Positions 1-11,879 are shown, counted from the whole stretch's first letter. The stretch: 62,635 nt of DNA, filler included, from Globobulimina sp. (GCA_003354225.1; 37 parts of 37 records of this genome joined end to end with filler, not necessarily neighbours in it); one strand, 5' to 3'. A program made the numbers and translations. Notes: generated by a model from the sequence alone, not told the origin.

Positions 1-149
1 TTGCATCACTGAAAACAATATTAAATATTGTTCTCCGTTTGATGCTTATATTTAGATCGCTCAAAAGTTTGAGTTATGATAACAAGTTCAAGACCACTGA
101 ACAGTTCACACTCACGTCAAGGTACGTGTACTGGAGGCCCAACGATGAC

Positions 150-237
150 ACAATGTGAGCTTATCGGCAAGAAAACATGTTCATACTTGTTTCAAACATG
201 TTCATCAATACGTGGTAACAATGTGAGCTTATCGGCA
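150..237. repeat. 20-bp direct repeat ACAATGTGAGCTTATCGGCA
   Basis: Exact copies at 150-169 and 218-237, with AAACATGTTCAT twice between them. Confidence 0.85.
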
Positions 238-506
238 TTAGACTAGATCCAACTAAGTTAGCTAACGTAACATGTTCCAAAAATTTTTTGTTTACTACCG
301 AAGGGCTTTAGCTGCAAGCGTTCCAAAAAGTGATTCTTGTCCCTTTGGAACATCAAGGAGATGTTTTGATGATGTTTTGATGATCTGCGTTTAACGAATT
401 TTGCTTTGATCTACCACTAAAATTATTTAAGTGTTTTTTTTCCTTTCTTGATGGCATAATGTCACGATAGACTGGAAATTAACTTGTCTTTTGTATTAAA
501 CGAAGA

Positions 507-1597
507 ATGTGTGATCGAATATTAGCGTATGTCTTATTTTAACAACGATTTGAAGTTTGAACTTATCGCTTTGTTATTTTAATTTGTTAAATATGAATTT
601 TATACAGTGAATCAGGAAAAGAATGTGAATATTTTACCAATTTTTATGATGATGATTTTATAGAACGTTCATCCATTGGTTATTATCAATATTTTCATTC
701 GTCATTATCTTCGAATTCTTTATTTTCTCATCCAAATAACAGCGATCATTCAAATAAACCATTATTACCCTCAATAAACGACATAAACGATATAAACGAT
801 GGCGATGTGGAGCAAGATGATGATGACGGTTCAATACATCACAATAATAACATATATCAACATCCATTTTGGCCCTCACAATCGTATATAAACAGGTTAA
901 TACCGGACAAAAAAGACAAAGACAAAGAAGAGAAAGATAACAGCAATGCTTACAAAAACAACAGCAATAATAACAACGATAAGAATATTGGATATTTAGT
1001 GCCAACCAAAGGCACCATATCCGGTAAAAATTCCACCATTCCACGTTCAATAAATGAATTAATCAGTGACAATTTTATGTTATTGCCCTCCGAATACATT
1101 CCTAAATATGATAATTTTTATAAAATAAACGGATTTGAATCCAACCACTTGAAATTAATGGGCAATTATGATGCTATGAATGTGTTACGGCATAGATTTT
1201 TACGCTGTTCCTTTACCGCCAAACACAAAATCAATGAATTTATGCAAAAATTACCCAATTCTTCCAATCTAAATATTCAATATTCCTCCAAATGGAATTC
1301 AATTGTTTTATTAAACCAACACAATAAAACCTTACGATATGAGAATGGATGGAATAGTTTATGGGTACAGCCCCTATTAAACATCACGAATGATCCAAAT
1401 ATTAAATTTAATGTCATAAAAATTGTCAATAAATTATTATTAACTTCGCATTTATACTGCTTATCCTACGAATCACCACAAATCATCAACACCTTAAAAC
1501 AATGGTTGTCGCAATTATTGACCACTATGACACAGAAAACAGATAAAATGACCATTGCCTCCACCTTACTAAATCTCACCATTCACACCGGATCCAT
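507..1597 (+). CDS. Hypothetical protein, 3' partial (putative intron 527-607)
   Basis: Frame is open from ~597 to the contig end; GT..TATACAG intron joins MCDRILA to ESGKECEY; terminal STLLNLTIHTGS weakly recalls the LLxLAxxRGSL motif of giant HERC/HECT ligases. Confidence 0.45.
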
Positions 1598-1697
1598 NNN
1601 NNNNNNNNNNNNNNNNNNNNNNNNNNNNNNNNNNNNNNNNNTTAATTAATTAANNNNNNNNNNNNNNNNNNNNNNNNNNNNNNNNNNNNNNNNNNNN
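1598..1697. other. Artificial contig spacer (N44-TTAATTAATTAA-N44); 36 such spacers occur, the last at 60942-61041
   Basis: Identical 100-nt block with stops in all six frames, recurring every ~1695 nt; the intervening contigs decrease in length from 1597 to 1594. Confidence 0.99.
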
Positions 1698-2687
1698 TAT
1701 TGGTGAATATAAGTTATGTCTCCAACTCATCGAAGACCAATTATTAGTGGGTTACCCTTTTTTTTGTGATGATAAATCTGAAATTCCATTTTTATTGACA
1801 GTTCAATATAAATGCAAAGCCGACGGTTTTTGTCTATGCAAAATATTTTGTACGCAAATGAAAGAATTAATAAATTGTTGCTATGTAAAGCAATCGCCGA
1901 GATATATTTGTTTTAATGACAAAATTATATTAAAAATATATTCTCCATTAATGGCAACATCATTTAGTTGGAAAATGGCACAAACAAAAGATTTTCGAGA
2001 GAAATTTTCATAAAAATGGCATTGGATAAAATTGAACGATATTTATGTGCACGTTGCTATTCTAAAGGTTTTGATTTAGAACAATGGTTATTTTGGTATT
2101 TATTTGCTCGTTTTATGCATCTTATTGCATTGGATTATAAACGAGCTAAATATTTGTATAAATTGGCAAGAAATGCAAATAAATTTGACTCTTCAACATA
2201 TTTAATGTATAGTATATTAATGAAAGATTATGGAGATTTACGATTATCATTAAAATATTATAAAAAATCACAAAAATTAAATAATAAAATAACGTATTTA
2301 CTCGTTGATAATGAATCATTAAAGAAACATAAATATTTAATGGATTCTGTGGATACGGATTCATTTAAAGTGGGTCATGGACGAAATGGAGTGAATATAT
2401 TTGATGAATGTAATTGGTGCAATAAAAAAGGATTTACATTTAAGAAATGTAGCCGTTGTAAACTATTTTTTTATTGTTCAAAAAAATGCCAAAAATTGGA
2501 CTGGAAACATGGAATTCATAAAAGCATTTGTATTGCAGCTCCAATGCATGCAAAAACAAATACACATTTAAAACTGAAGGTATATTTAAAAAGACATTTT
2601 ATGATTTTCCAAAGGGAGTGTCCTTCTTTTTACGAAATGCTTAAAAATCATGAAATGGAATTTTTACTCGATTCACTGGGGTTCTAG
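1698..2687 (+). pseudogene. TPR-like + MYND zinc-finger protein, 5' partial, apparent frameshift near 1985
   Basis: CNWC..CSRC..FYCSKKCQKLDWKHGIHKSIC is a zf-MYND; the upstream ORF (to 2013) overlaps in another frame with no intron signal at the switch. Confidence 0.7.
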
Positions 2688-2726
2688 TTGAAAAAATAAA
2701 AGTCCATCCAAAGGAAATGACCACTT

Positions 2727-3248
2727 TTACTCAAAGTGTGCCGACATCGGATACTTTGAATTATTAATTAAAATTTTAATCTGTTTACGTCTGAAAAATG
2801 CGTGAACAGTCGGCACGTCTACAAACTTCATACACTGTGGCTGCAATCCATCAGATTCATATTCAAACATAAACTTTCTCGAACTTTCCTCCTCTTCAAC
2901 TTCCATAATAGATGTATATGGATCCGCTAATCCGAGCTGACCATGATCATTATTTCCAAATACATATAAACAATTTCCTTTATTCAAGCATAAGTTATGA
3001 TCGTTTCCACAGCAAATCGCTATAATATCATATAAAAAATGGATGTTTGCTGCGAAGTTTTTAATTTTGCCCATTGTTTTAATTGTTATTTTATGATGAT
3101 GTTTCAATGCAAACTCACCATAGAGATTTCTTCCTATTCCGTAGACTTCATATTTGCTTCCATAGAATGATAAAATCAAATAATTCACATCGTGTGGAAT
3201 AATAACGCGAACGTAGCCATCAACCAAAAAACGTTTTTTTGTTGCCAT
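2727..3248 (-). CDS. Truncated RCC1-repeat protein with N-terminal 'GYVR..IPxDV..LI..FY' motif
   Basis: ICCGNDHNLCL..LYVFGNNDHGQLG RCC1 repeat; only ~2 repeats, so probably degenerate. Confidence 0.65.
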   Translation of the reverse strand: MATKKRFLVDGYVRVIIPHDVNYLILSFYGSKYEVYGIGRNLYGEFALKHHHKITIKTMGKIKNFAANIHFLYDIIAICCGNDHNLCLNKGNCLYVFGNNDHGQLGLADPYTSIMEVEEEESSRKFMFEYESDGLQPQCMKFVDVPTVHAFFRRKQIKILINNSKYPMSAHFE

Positions 3249-3394
3249 TGATTTTTGTGTTCAAAAAAATTCCAAAGTGTATGGATTTTTCAAANNNNNN
3301 NNNNNNNNNNNNNNNNNNNNNNNNNNNNNNNNNNNNNNTTAATTAATTAANNNNNNNNNNNNNNNNNNNNNNNNNNNNNNNNNNNNNNNNNNNN

Positions 3395-4299
3395 GATTTT
3401 GCAGTGCCATATTCCAAAAACGAAAGTATCATCCAATACACATTAAATATAGCATTTAAGCCAAAATCATAAAATTGTGTTGCATTGATATCACTGATAA
3501 ATTCATTCACAATCCACACCATAAAAGATTGAATATATTCATTATTATATTGAGACCAATATTTGGATTTGTTTAATAAATATCCATTGCGTAATATTTG
3601 AGTCCCAAAAAGCAATATTGCTCTGTACGAACCTTGCACCATTTCTGTGTTATAAATATTTCGATGACACTTATACTGTGAATGTAGCTCACAGAGCCCA
3701 ACAAAAGTACTCATGACCTCATTCCAGAGATATTTACGTTTTATATAATACATTGCCAATGATGGATATTGTAATATCACTGTAAATAAAAGGGCCATCA
3801 TATTCAGTGCATCTCCGTCGCTTTTTTTATATTTTTTTAAAACTCTTAAAAATACTGGCAATTCAATAGCGAGATGAAAAGCACATAATTGGCAAATTCC
3901 ATCACATGTTAAGCCACAAATATCATCAAACATTGGTCCGGTATAATCATCCAATTTGTAAACTGTTTTATTGCATGTTTTGGTTGGTTGGAATAATACG
4001 TTGATAATGTGTGATACAAAGGTTTTTGGAGTATTATCAAATCTGCTCTGATGATGTGTACATCTGAATGCAATGTTGGACATTCTAGATTTTTCATGAA
4101 GATATCCATGTGATACTAGACTGAATGGAGCAGTTAAATGTATCATATGGTATGGTACTGGCGACAATGCATCGATTTTGTTACAATTCCCATCACATCG
4201 TGCATCTGGGTCGTCATAACTAAGCATTTTAGCCAGTTTATTCGCCCATTCCACGGTTATAAAACCACGTGGTATTGGCTGACCTTTTGGTTGCGTCAT
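3395..4299 (-). CDS. Hypothetical protein, 3' partial
   Basis: ~300-codon ORF from ATG 4299 to the contig end; no motif recognised. Confidence 0.6.
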
Positions 4300-4348
4300 G
4301 TTTCTAAGTCAAGAATAAAAAAACTGTACGTGTTGTTTGTTTAATTGT

Positions 4349-4991
4349 TTATAACGGATGTTGAAAAAACAGTTTCTGATCACCAAACGTAGATGCTACG
4401 AAATCCGATATTGCATAAATCTCACCAATTTTTGAACTTACATCCACATTTTCAGCGTAAACATCAAACACTTTGGTATCTTTACCTTTTTTATTCAAAA
4501 TATTCCTAAAATCCGTAGTATCAATATCTTGTCCATCCGCAATATACACAGATTTAATATCGTCGCTACCAACACAAACTATTGAATGCGGCGCCTTATA
4601 TTCCTTCTCCATATTCGATGCCTTAGCCATTGGATCCAAAGACAACCAGCTCGGATCTGTATCTTTTGAACATGCAAACCAATTATTCTGTGCTAAATAC
4701 TTTGCCATTCTTTGTTTATATTAATAGTCAAAATTGTAACAAATTCATAAAACAAATTTCAAATTACAAAACCTGAAGGATTGCGCGCCAATTTTTAATG
4801 CAGTCGAGGTTGGCTCAGGTACTTTATTGCTATAATTATATTTAAATAAATCATATGTATGTTGCGCTTCCAATGAATGCATAGCAAAGAAGTTGACCGA
4901 TGGACGATTATCCAATAAACATTTCATAGCAAATCCATATAATACACTCACAGCCACAGCGCCATCATTAATATTAATGGCTGGTGTTGCA
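4349..4991 (-). CDS. Catalase-like superfamily protein, C-terminal part (intron 4710-4772)
   Basis: GFAMKCLLDNRPSVNFFAMHSLEAQ..F..NYSN and KIGEI..ISDFVASTFGDQKLFFQH resemble short catalase-like proteins of protists and bacteria; a 63-nt GT-AG intron joins the two ORFs in frame. Confidence 0.5.
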
Positions 4992-5091
4992 NNNNNNNNN
5001 NNNNNNNNNNNNNNNNNNNNNNNNNNNNNNNNNNNTTAATTAATTAANNNNNNNNNNNNNNNNNNNNNNNNNNNNNNNNNNNNNNNNNNNN

Positions 5092-5578
5092 GGATGATGA
5101 TGGGGATATTGGTATTTTTTTGCATGATTTGAATAGATTACCGATAAAATACGAAACAACTGATTGGATATTTAGACGCAACCCAAACATAAATAATCTC
5201 TTTTATGATTCACGTAATACAGTTCGTGCGAGATTTATATCTAAAATCAATGGCGTATTTATTGATTTTTACCCATATTCTGTGGTTTATAATGTTGAAA
5301 ATAATAAGAGATATCTGTATAATTCGTGGTCATTGAATAACTTTGATTTTTGGCAGGTATTGGATGATTTGTTGCCAATCAATGAGAGTGGTATTTTTTT
5401 AAAGAATCATACATTTAATGTTCCACATAATACAGAGAAGTGGTTATTGAATGAATATGACACATTGGAGCCACCAATCGATATGTTATGGATTTATGAT
5501 GATAACTATACATTTGATGATAATTATTGGTTTAATAGCTATGATGATTATGAATCGTCTGATCCTGTACCTTTTTAA
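5092..5578 (+). CDS. LicD/fukutin-family nucleotidyltransferase, C-terminal part
   Basis: DDDGDIGI at contig start, ARFIS..GVFIDFYP, LLP...F...FNVPHNTEKWLLNEY. Confidence 0.75.
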
Positions 5579-5805
5579 CACTTTCGTAATTTTCACACTT
5601 TTCATACTTTTTAACACTTTCATCATTTTTAGCCCTTTTGCTACTTTTAGACAAAATAAAAAGGGTACATCATTTCAAAAACCATAATAACATTGGAAAC
5701 GGCACCTTCTCTGAAACAAGAAGTGTTTTTTTTGTTGAACTACTTGAATATAATTTAATTTAATACTTATTAAAATTACAACTGTTTATAAATATGTGTT
5801 AATTG

Positions 5806-6688
5806 TTAAACACATAAATTCCATCCCGGCATACAAACCGGCTCATTAAATGGCCACTCACTTTGCAATGCTTGAATATAAACCATAGGCATTGCGAAAT
5901 TGCCTTGAAACATGGAATATCCTTCATTGCTGTCATAGATTCGCGTCGCATTGATATTATGCCAATTTACTGTCCATAATAAAAATTGCTTTGCTCTCCA
6001 TACAGCTTCATTGCTTAATTCCGTCTCACCCATTTGCTTTAAAAAATAGCCAGCTTCCCAAAACATATTAATATTTCCCCCAATTCCATGACAAAACATC
6101 GTCCCTTTCACTAACAACCCTCGATCCCACGAACTGTTCATTGCCGCAACCCCAGACTCGAAATATTTATCCGCTGCGCTTGCATCATATTTCCTAAATA
6201 AAATACTCGACTCCAAAAATATACCAATAAAGCCAGGTGCTCCTAAATATTATTATCGCCACATACAATCAACAGAACATACAAATTAAAATATTAATAC
6301 CATGACACCATTGTACTCGCGCATCATTATCAGAACCATAATGACTTTGACAGCCACCCGCTACATTGGTCGGTATATTGCCGTCTTGGAGTTGTATCGA
6401 CGAATAGAAATCAATGGTATTTTTCAAAGCAATATAATATTTAGACGACGTATTAAAAAGTTGCGCTAATTGTGTTGGATACATATCGTACGCGGTAAAC
6501 ACCGATTTAACAATGCCTGAATTACCATGGCCCGGACCCCATAAATAACAGTTTGGAAATGATAAATATTGAATGTAATTTGAATTCAAACCTTGTCCGG
6601 TTACAATACCAATATCTAAGATATGGTATAATATGGTTGATATTATAGAGACGTCAATAACATCCGAGCCAAAATGCGAATTAATTAA
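5806..6688 (-). CDS. LANCL: LanC-like protein (lanthionine synthetase C-like), 5' partial (intron 6243-6300)
   Basis: WGPGHGNSGI, VQWCHG|APG across a 58-nt intron, GLLVKG..FCHGIGGN, YSMFQG; Zn ligands and catalytic His present. Confidence 0.85.
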
Positions 6689-6818
6689 NNNNNNNNNNNN
6701 NNNNNNNNNNNNNNNNNNNNNNNNNNNNNNNNTTAATTAATTAANNNNNNNNNNNNNNNNNNNNNNNNNNNNNNNNNNNNNNNNNNNNTGAACAAAAACC
6801 TCTCTCACCCACTCACTC

Positions 6819-6954
6819 TAAAAGAAGAAGGTGATGTAAGGAACTGACCTTTTATCCTAAATCCTCTTGATTTATTGTATCTAACTTATTAGGTACTCCT
6901 TACTTTACTTAAAAACCCTTAGTTCAACCCTAGAACCAGGCTCGACCTACTACA
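6819..6954 (+). mobile_element. Possible polypurine tract plus short LTR (TGTA...TACA, 6835-6954)
   Basis: Purine run AAAAGAAGAAGGTGA is followed immediately by TGTAAGG; a TACA 120 nt later gives TG..CA termini. Confidence 0.3.
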
Positions 6955-7283
6955 GTGTTATCATTGATTCTGGAATTGTTTGGGATAACAACTTGTCAAT
7001 ATCATTGATGTAGCGGCAGACGAGCAATCCCATGTGTTCCACATTTTGTAGCAATTGTGTCATGCGAGCTAAGAAGTTTTTTAATTTTTTATTTTCTGCG
7101 TTTAAAAATAATATTAACAAAAACGATGTACAAAAGAGAATAAAAACAGTTTAAAATAAACTGCACAAACACACGGGTCGAGAAAAAACGACCGTTTACA
7201 CAAATCAAAAAAATACAGCACTCATATTGCGTCATGTATTATTTATTGCACACTTTACAAATATATTTGATTATTATTATAAA

Positions 7284-8308
7284 TTACAAAACAGAAACAC
7301 CGATATCTCGTCTCTTTTCAGCCTCATTTCCAGCATCATTCACTTTAATCTTATCCACGATTACTTTGCCTAAAAACCCAAAAACACCACCAAACACAAA
7401 ACACAACGCAGCCATTAAACACACCACCAACACCATACCAACCGCCACCACACCAACAGCAAACCCATCATAACCAACACCGCCATCTCCAACTACATTA
7501 CCTTGATAATGATAACCCGAACCTAAACAACCACGAAAATATAATATTTAAGTTAATTGCGAATGTGCATACCTTGAGACACCAATGCATTTTGCTGAGG
7601 ATAACCTGCAAATACATCATCATAATCATATTCATATTGGTCATAAGCAGCATACCCATCATACAAATTACTATATGCATCGTGTGCTGACGTGACTATT
7701 GTTCCCGTCGACAAAGCCACATTCAATTTAAATACGCCTACATCTCCAGTGTCGGTCTTAATTGTACGGTAATTTTTTTTCCCCTTAAACACAAAGGAGA
7801 CGGTTCCAGCTTTGCTTTTTATTTTTACGGTCTCATCAACCGCATATTTTTTTACTGTGCCAGCGCTATCTTTTACAATCAACTCAGTTTCCGTCAATTT
7901 ATAGTTCTCCCACGAACCTAATTCAACCGCTAATTCTGGCCCACTCTCTTTGGCAATGCGTTTTTTTTGCGCAGCCAATTCTAACTGCAGCTGCTTTCGC
8001 GGCGCTTCTTCGAGTTTGGGACTTATTTCTTGTTTAATTGCATCAATTTGGCGATCGAAATCCTGGAGTTTGCCTGCATTCTTTTTCAAATATTTTATCA
8101 TAGCGTCCTTTGACCCTTGTTGTGCTGCTTCTTTCCTAAAAGCCATAATGTCATAAAAAAGATTTTCGGTCATTGTGGAGCGATGTTCAATGTTGAGCCA
8201 TTGTGCACGTCCCCATATGTCCCATAATGATTTGAGTTGAGCCTCGTCCGTAGCCACACCAACTAAAACCTCCGTTTCTTCCTCTGGTAAATCCCGAAGA
8301 ATTTTCAT
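7284..8308 (-). CDS. C-terminally membrane-anchored protein with Tyr/Asp-rich linker (intron 7523-7572)
   Basis: ORF 7553-8329 splices via a 50-nt GT-AG intron to GSGYHYQGNVVGDGG..AVGVVAVGMVLVVCLMAALCFVFGGVFGFLG..VSVL* (stop 7284-7286). Confidence 0.7.
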
Positions 8309-8385
8309 TTTTTTTCCCCTTAAACACAAAGGAGACGGTTCCAGCTTTGCTTTTTATTTTTACGGTCTCATCAACCGCATATTTT
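7772..8385. repeat. ~78-bp direct repeat: the contig end (8308-8385) duplicates 7772-7850
   Basis: Identical TTTTTTTTCCCCTTAAACACAAAGGAGACGG...CCGCATATTTT at both sites, out of frame with the ORF at the second copy. Confidence 0.9.
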
Positions 8386-8485
8386 NNNNNNNNNNNNNNN
8401 NNNNNNNNNNNNNNNNNNNNNNNNNNNNNTTAATTAATTAANNNNNNNNNNNNNNNNNNNNNNNNNNNNNNNNNNNNNNNNNNNN

Positions 8486-9604
8486 AATATATGAATATTA
8501 TTGTTAGAAGCTTTGTCTGTGGTGGAAGTTGATGGATCATTTACTATTAACCCGTTGCATGAATTTTCACCACTACATATTATGTTACATTCTTTCTTTC
8601 TTATTGCAGCGCATACAAACTCCACACCGCTGCAGGTATTATTCCCTCTGCAGATTAAATTACAAGCAGCAAATAAATCATATGGAAAAGGACCCGACGT
8701 ATCGAGTTCTTCGCATATTAGCAAAGTGGTACCGTTCAGATCATCATCATGATCAACTATAAAAGATTCACGATGGTCGCCAAAATAAGTTTGATCGCTG
8801 CACGGTGAGGTCGGATCCTTGTTTTTTTTTAATGAGATTGAGATACTGTCCACAATTAAAATGTTTACGTATACACTAAACTTTGCAATCCCATAAACCA
8901 TATTCAATTTCACAACTATAGCCATCGGGTGCATCGCCTTCAAAAAAGCTGGACCAGGAATCCTCTCCGCCACAATGAAAGCTGCCACCCTCAACATATG
9001 CATTATAATCAACAAAGCCAACATCAGCCCATCCATTTGGTCCATAAATATTAAAATCCGTATGAATATCATATAATTCATCGCCGTTTCCATGGATTTC
9101 ACATCCCCAATAACTTGGTCCTGAAGCCGGACAATGAAGATCAATATTATGACATGATTGATATGCATTGCAGTTTACAGTGACACCTGAGTTTGCTGAG
9201 GAAGCTGTACCTCTAATGATTGCATTTAAACAGGAATTGCTGCCATCACAAATAATGTGGCATGAACCACCCGGCCGACAATTTATTGTTGCCGATTCTA
9301 ATGCATTTTCTCCGTACCCCTCAACACGAACGGCATTTGAGATATTTGCAGATGGACATGAATTATTTACCGAACATTTTACAGCCAATGTTGTTGGGGT
9401 TTCCACTCTCATAATTGTATTTTGACAAACATTTGGTGCATTGCATTCAATATGGCAGGATCCATCAAACATACAAACTATTTCTTTTCCAGAACAATCA
9501 TTTTGTGCATCACATACATAAAACTGCGATGTCATATTTATTCTTTGTGTTTTTAACATCGGAACTAAGATAATAAACTGGATTAAAATAACAAACTGAT
9601 TCAT
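8486..9604 (-). CDS. Secreted Cys-rich repeat protein, 3' partial (intron 8818-8881)
   Basis: Hydrophobic N-terminus; recurring C-x-I-x-C-x-G-xx-SC motifs; a 64-nt intron joins WDCK to DPTSPC. Confidence 0.75.
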
Positions 9605-9799
9605 CGGTATAGTTGATGGTTTTATTGCTTACAGTTGTGAAGAGATTAAAGATTAAAGTTCAGAGTTTTTTTTGGTACGGAAAAAGGGAAATAAATAAAG
9701 TGAAGAATAAACTATTTATATTTGGATATCCCCGACTGATATTTCTCTTTTTTTTTTTTGCTCAAACAGCTTAAAAGAGTTTTTTTTTTGCTCAAACTG

Positions 9800-10082
9800 A
9801 TGTCACATTCAATCACTGGTTCATTGCGATTATTATTATCGTTATTCATCACAATTACAAATTCATTAAATTTTAAGTACAATACATCATATGTGACAGT
9901 ATCAGGTGGTTCATCTGGCGCATGTGTAGCAGTGCAGTATGCGGTCATATATTCTAGTTACGTCCAAGGCGTGTCAGTGTTAGCAGGCGTACCGTATTAT
10001 TGTGCGCATTACTATTTGAACCCAGTGGGTGACTTATCCTGTTCCATTCATCCATCCGCCATCAATATAGACAAATTCGCAG
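9800..10082 (+). CDS. Secreted poly(3-hydroxybutyrate) depolymerase-like esterase, N-terminus
   Basis: Signal peptide then VTVSGGSSGACVAVQYAVIYSS..GVSVLAGVPYYCA (G-x-S-x-G lipase box, AGxPYYCA motif). Confidence 0.8.
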
Positions 10083-10182
10083 NNNNNNNNNNNNNNNNNN
10101 NNNNNNNNNNNNNNNNNNNNNNNNNNTTAATTAATTAANNNNNNNNNNNNNNNNNNNNNNNNNNNNNNNNNNNNNNNNNNNN

Positions 10183-10307
10183 ACACTACTGTACTAGGTA
10201 TGACTACACTGTACGGCGGTACTCTGTATGACTACTTAGTTAGTTGACTACTATGTCCCTGTAGGACTACACTGTGCGACGGCACTGTGTACGACTACTA
10301 TGTATGA
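10183..10307. repeat. Degenerate low-complexity array of GACTAC/ACTGT/GTATGAC words
   Basis: GACTAC recurs about five times with ACACTGT and TATGACT variants; it abuts a coding fragment. Confidence 0.6.
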
Positions 10308-10760
10308 CTGAACCGCGACGGATATTGTACTGCATGTTCCTGTCCATACACTGCTCATCAAAATAAGAGTTATGAATATGTGATGCAAAATAATCGAGTC
10401 CGTAAATCAAACTGGGACAATAACAGCAATCTGAGAGATAGTCATAACAATGCCAAGAATGCATTGTCTGCTTCGCAACGAATGTTAAATGGCATTGAAA
10501 ATGATTTGAAAACAATTGAGCAGGATGTAAAGGGGAAAATTGCTTCCTGCCAAAAGTTAAGGAATGAGTTAGAACGAATTGCGTTGCGTCCACAATTGAG
10601 TACGGTCGGAGATTATATTGATCAATTAATTGAAAACGAAAACGATTCGGTTTATAGAGATGCTGAGAAAATTAAGATGTTGAAGGACTTGAAGAAACAG
10701 GAACTTATGATTGCTAAAATACAGTCAAATGTGTCGGCACAGGATATGATGGTATTTTGA
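10308..10760 (+). CDS. C-terminal Cys motif + coiled coil typical of septin/AIG1-like GTPase-domain proteins
   Basis: GYCTACSCPYTAHQNKSYEY, then LERIALRPQLSTVGDYIDQLIENE. Confidence 0.55.
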   Translation: MNRDGYCTACSCPYTAHQNKSYEYVMQNNRVRKSNWDNNSNLRDSHNNAKNALSASQRMLNGIENDLKTIEQDVKGKIASCQKLRNELERIALRPQLSTVGDYIDQLIENENDSVYRDAEKIKMLKDLKKQELMIAKIQSNVSAQDMMVF

Positions 10761-11133
10761 GGGGGGAATTTAAATGAATATTGTCAATTATTTTGCTTTT
10801 TATTCCATGAAATAATGACATACGAATTTTATCAAAATATATATGTTTGGTATCATTTGTAGTGTGTTTCGAATAGCTTTTAATTATTTTTATTTTATAC
10901 AATATTCGAATTCTAATTCTTGACATTAATACAGCGACTAACTAAAGATATGCAAATACTTGAAATATTGAATAATTGCTAACCGAAGTTTACAGTTTTG
11001 ATTACTAACATTACGGTTTTATCTTTCTAGCTTTAGTTTCATAATCCAAGCATTACCTCAAAAGTGAAAACTATTTATTGTGTCCAAAAGCAATCGCTAT
11101 AATAACAATCAATAGATCAACCTTGACCAGATT

Positions 11134-11414
11134 ATGGCCAACGCCGCAGGACCTCCGCCGATTAAATTTCAACAATTATTACAGGTAATTTCCAAATGAT
11201 GTGTTAATTTTTTTCAAACTTAATCTTCATCCACATATAACTACACAGCTAACTCAATTAGGAATTGACCAAAATGCCATCAAATTTACAAACATTACAA
11301 TCGAATCTGACCGCTGTGTCGTAGTACGTGAAGACAACAAGATATCCATCGTAAACACGTCCACTCGCAACGTCACCCCCTTGAACGTCACCGTAGACTC
11401 CGCCATCATGAACC
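11134..11414 (+). CDS. CLTC: Clathrin heavy chain N-terminus (intron 11185-11248), truncated by a chimeric junction
   Basis: MANAAGPPPIKFQQLLQ|LTQLGIDQNAIKFTNITIESDRCVVVRE...VDSAIMN matches the clathrin terminal domain start. Confidence 0.9.
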
Positions 11415-11779
11415 AGGCCACGGAATGGGCGTCGCTCCGAGCAGCTCAAGCCATCGTCTACCTGGAGCAGGCGAGGAAGCATCTCGTCGTCAACCACGGC
11501 TTCTCCCTGGTGCAGGCTGCGCGGGATGTCATCGGTCCAGTCGTGGTCAAGCGGGCAAGGATGATCCCGGCCCTGTTGGACCTCTGGCACCGTGAAATGG
11601 CCTGTAGCGCCACCCTCTCAAGGGCGATGATGAACATCGACGCGGAGGCATCCCACGAGGCCCTGTGCCTGCGTATGACCGGCGGCGAGTGCGATTGCTG
11701 GGTCAGGCACATCCCCGAGGACATGCGGGTGCGTCTCAATGGAGAGGGTGGGGTCTCGTGAACAAGCCATCGGACGAAG
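11415..11779 (+). other. GC-rich foreign (prokaryotic/phage-like) segment joined to clathrin exon 2
   Basis: Abrupt GC rise; ORF ends at 11761 with a GTGA stop/start overlap preceded by a purine-rich tract. Confidence 0.75.
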
Positions 11780-11879
11780 NNNNNNNNNNNNNNNNNNNNN
11801 NNNNNNNNNNNNNNNNNNNNNNNTTAATTAATTAANNNNNNNNNNNNNNNNNNNNNNNNNNNNNNNNNNNNNNNNNNNN

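Noticed and set aside
150-237. CRISPR-like repeat-spacer-repeat
   Set aside because: Only two 20-nt copies, eukaryotic context, no cas genes
8308-8385. Terminal duplication as evidence of a circular element
   Set aside because: It repeats an internal coding segment out of frame rather than the contig start; better explained as an assembly or amplification artefact
11201-11761. Listed 186-aa ORF as a novel fusion protein
   Set aside because: It reads through an intron, a clathrin exon and foreign GC-rich DNA; most likely chimeric
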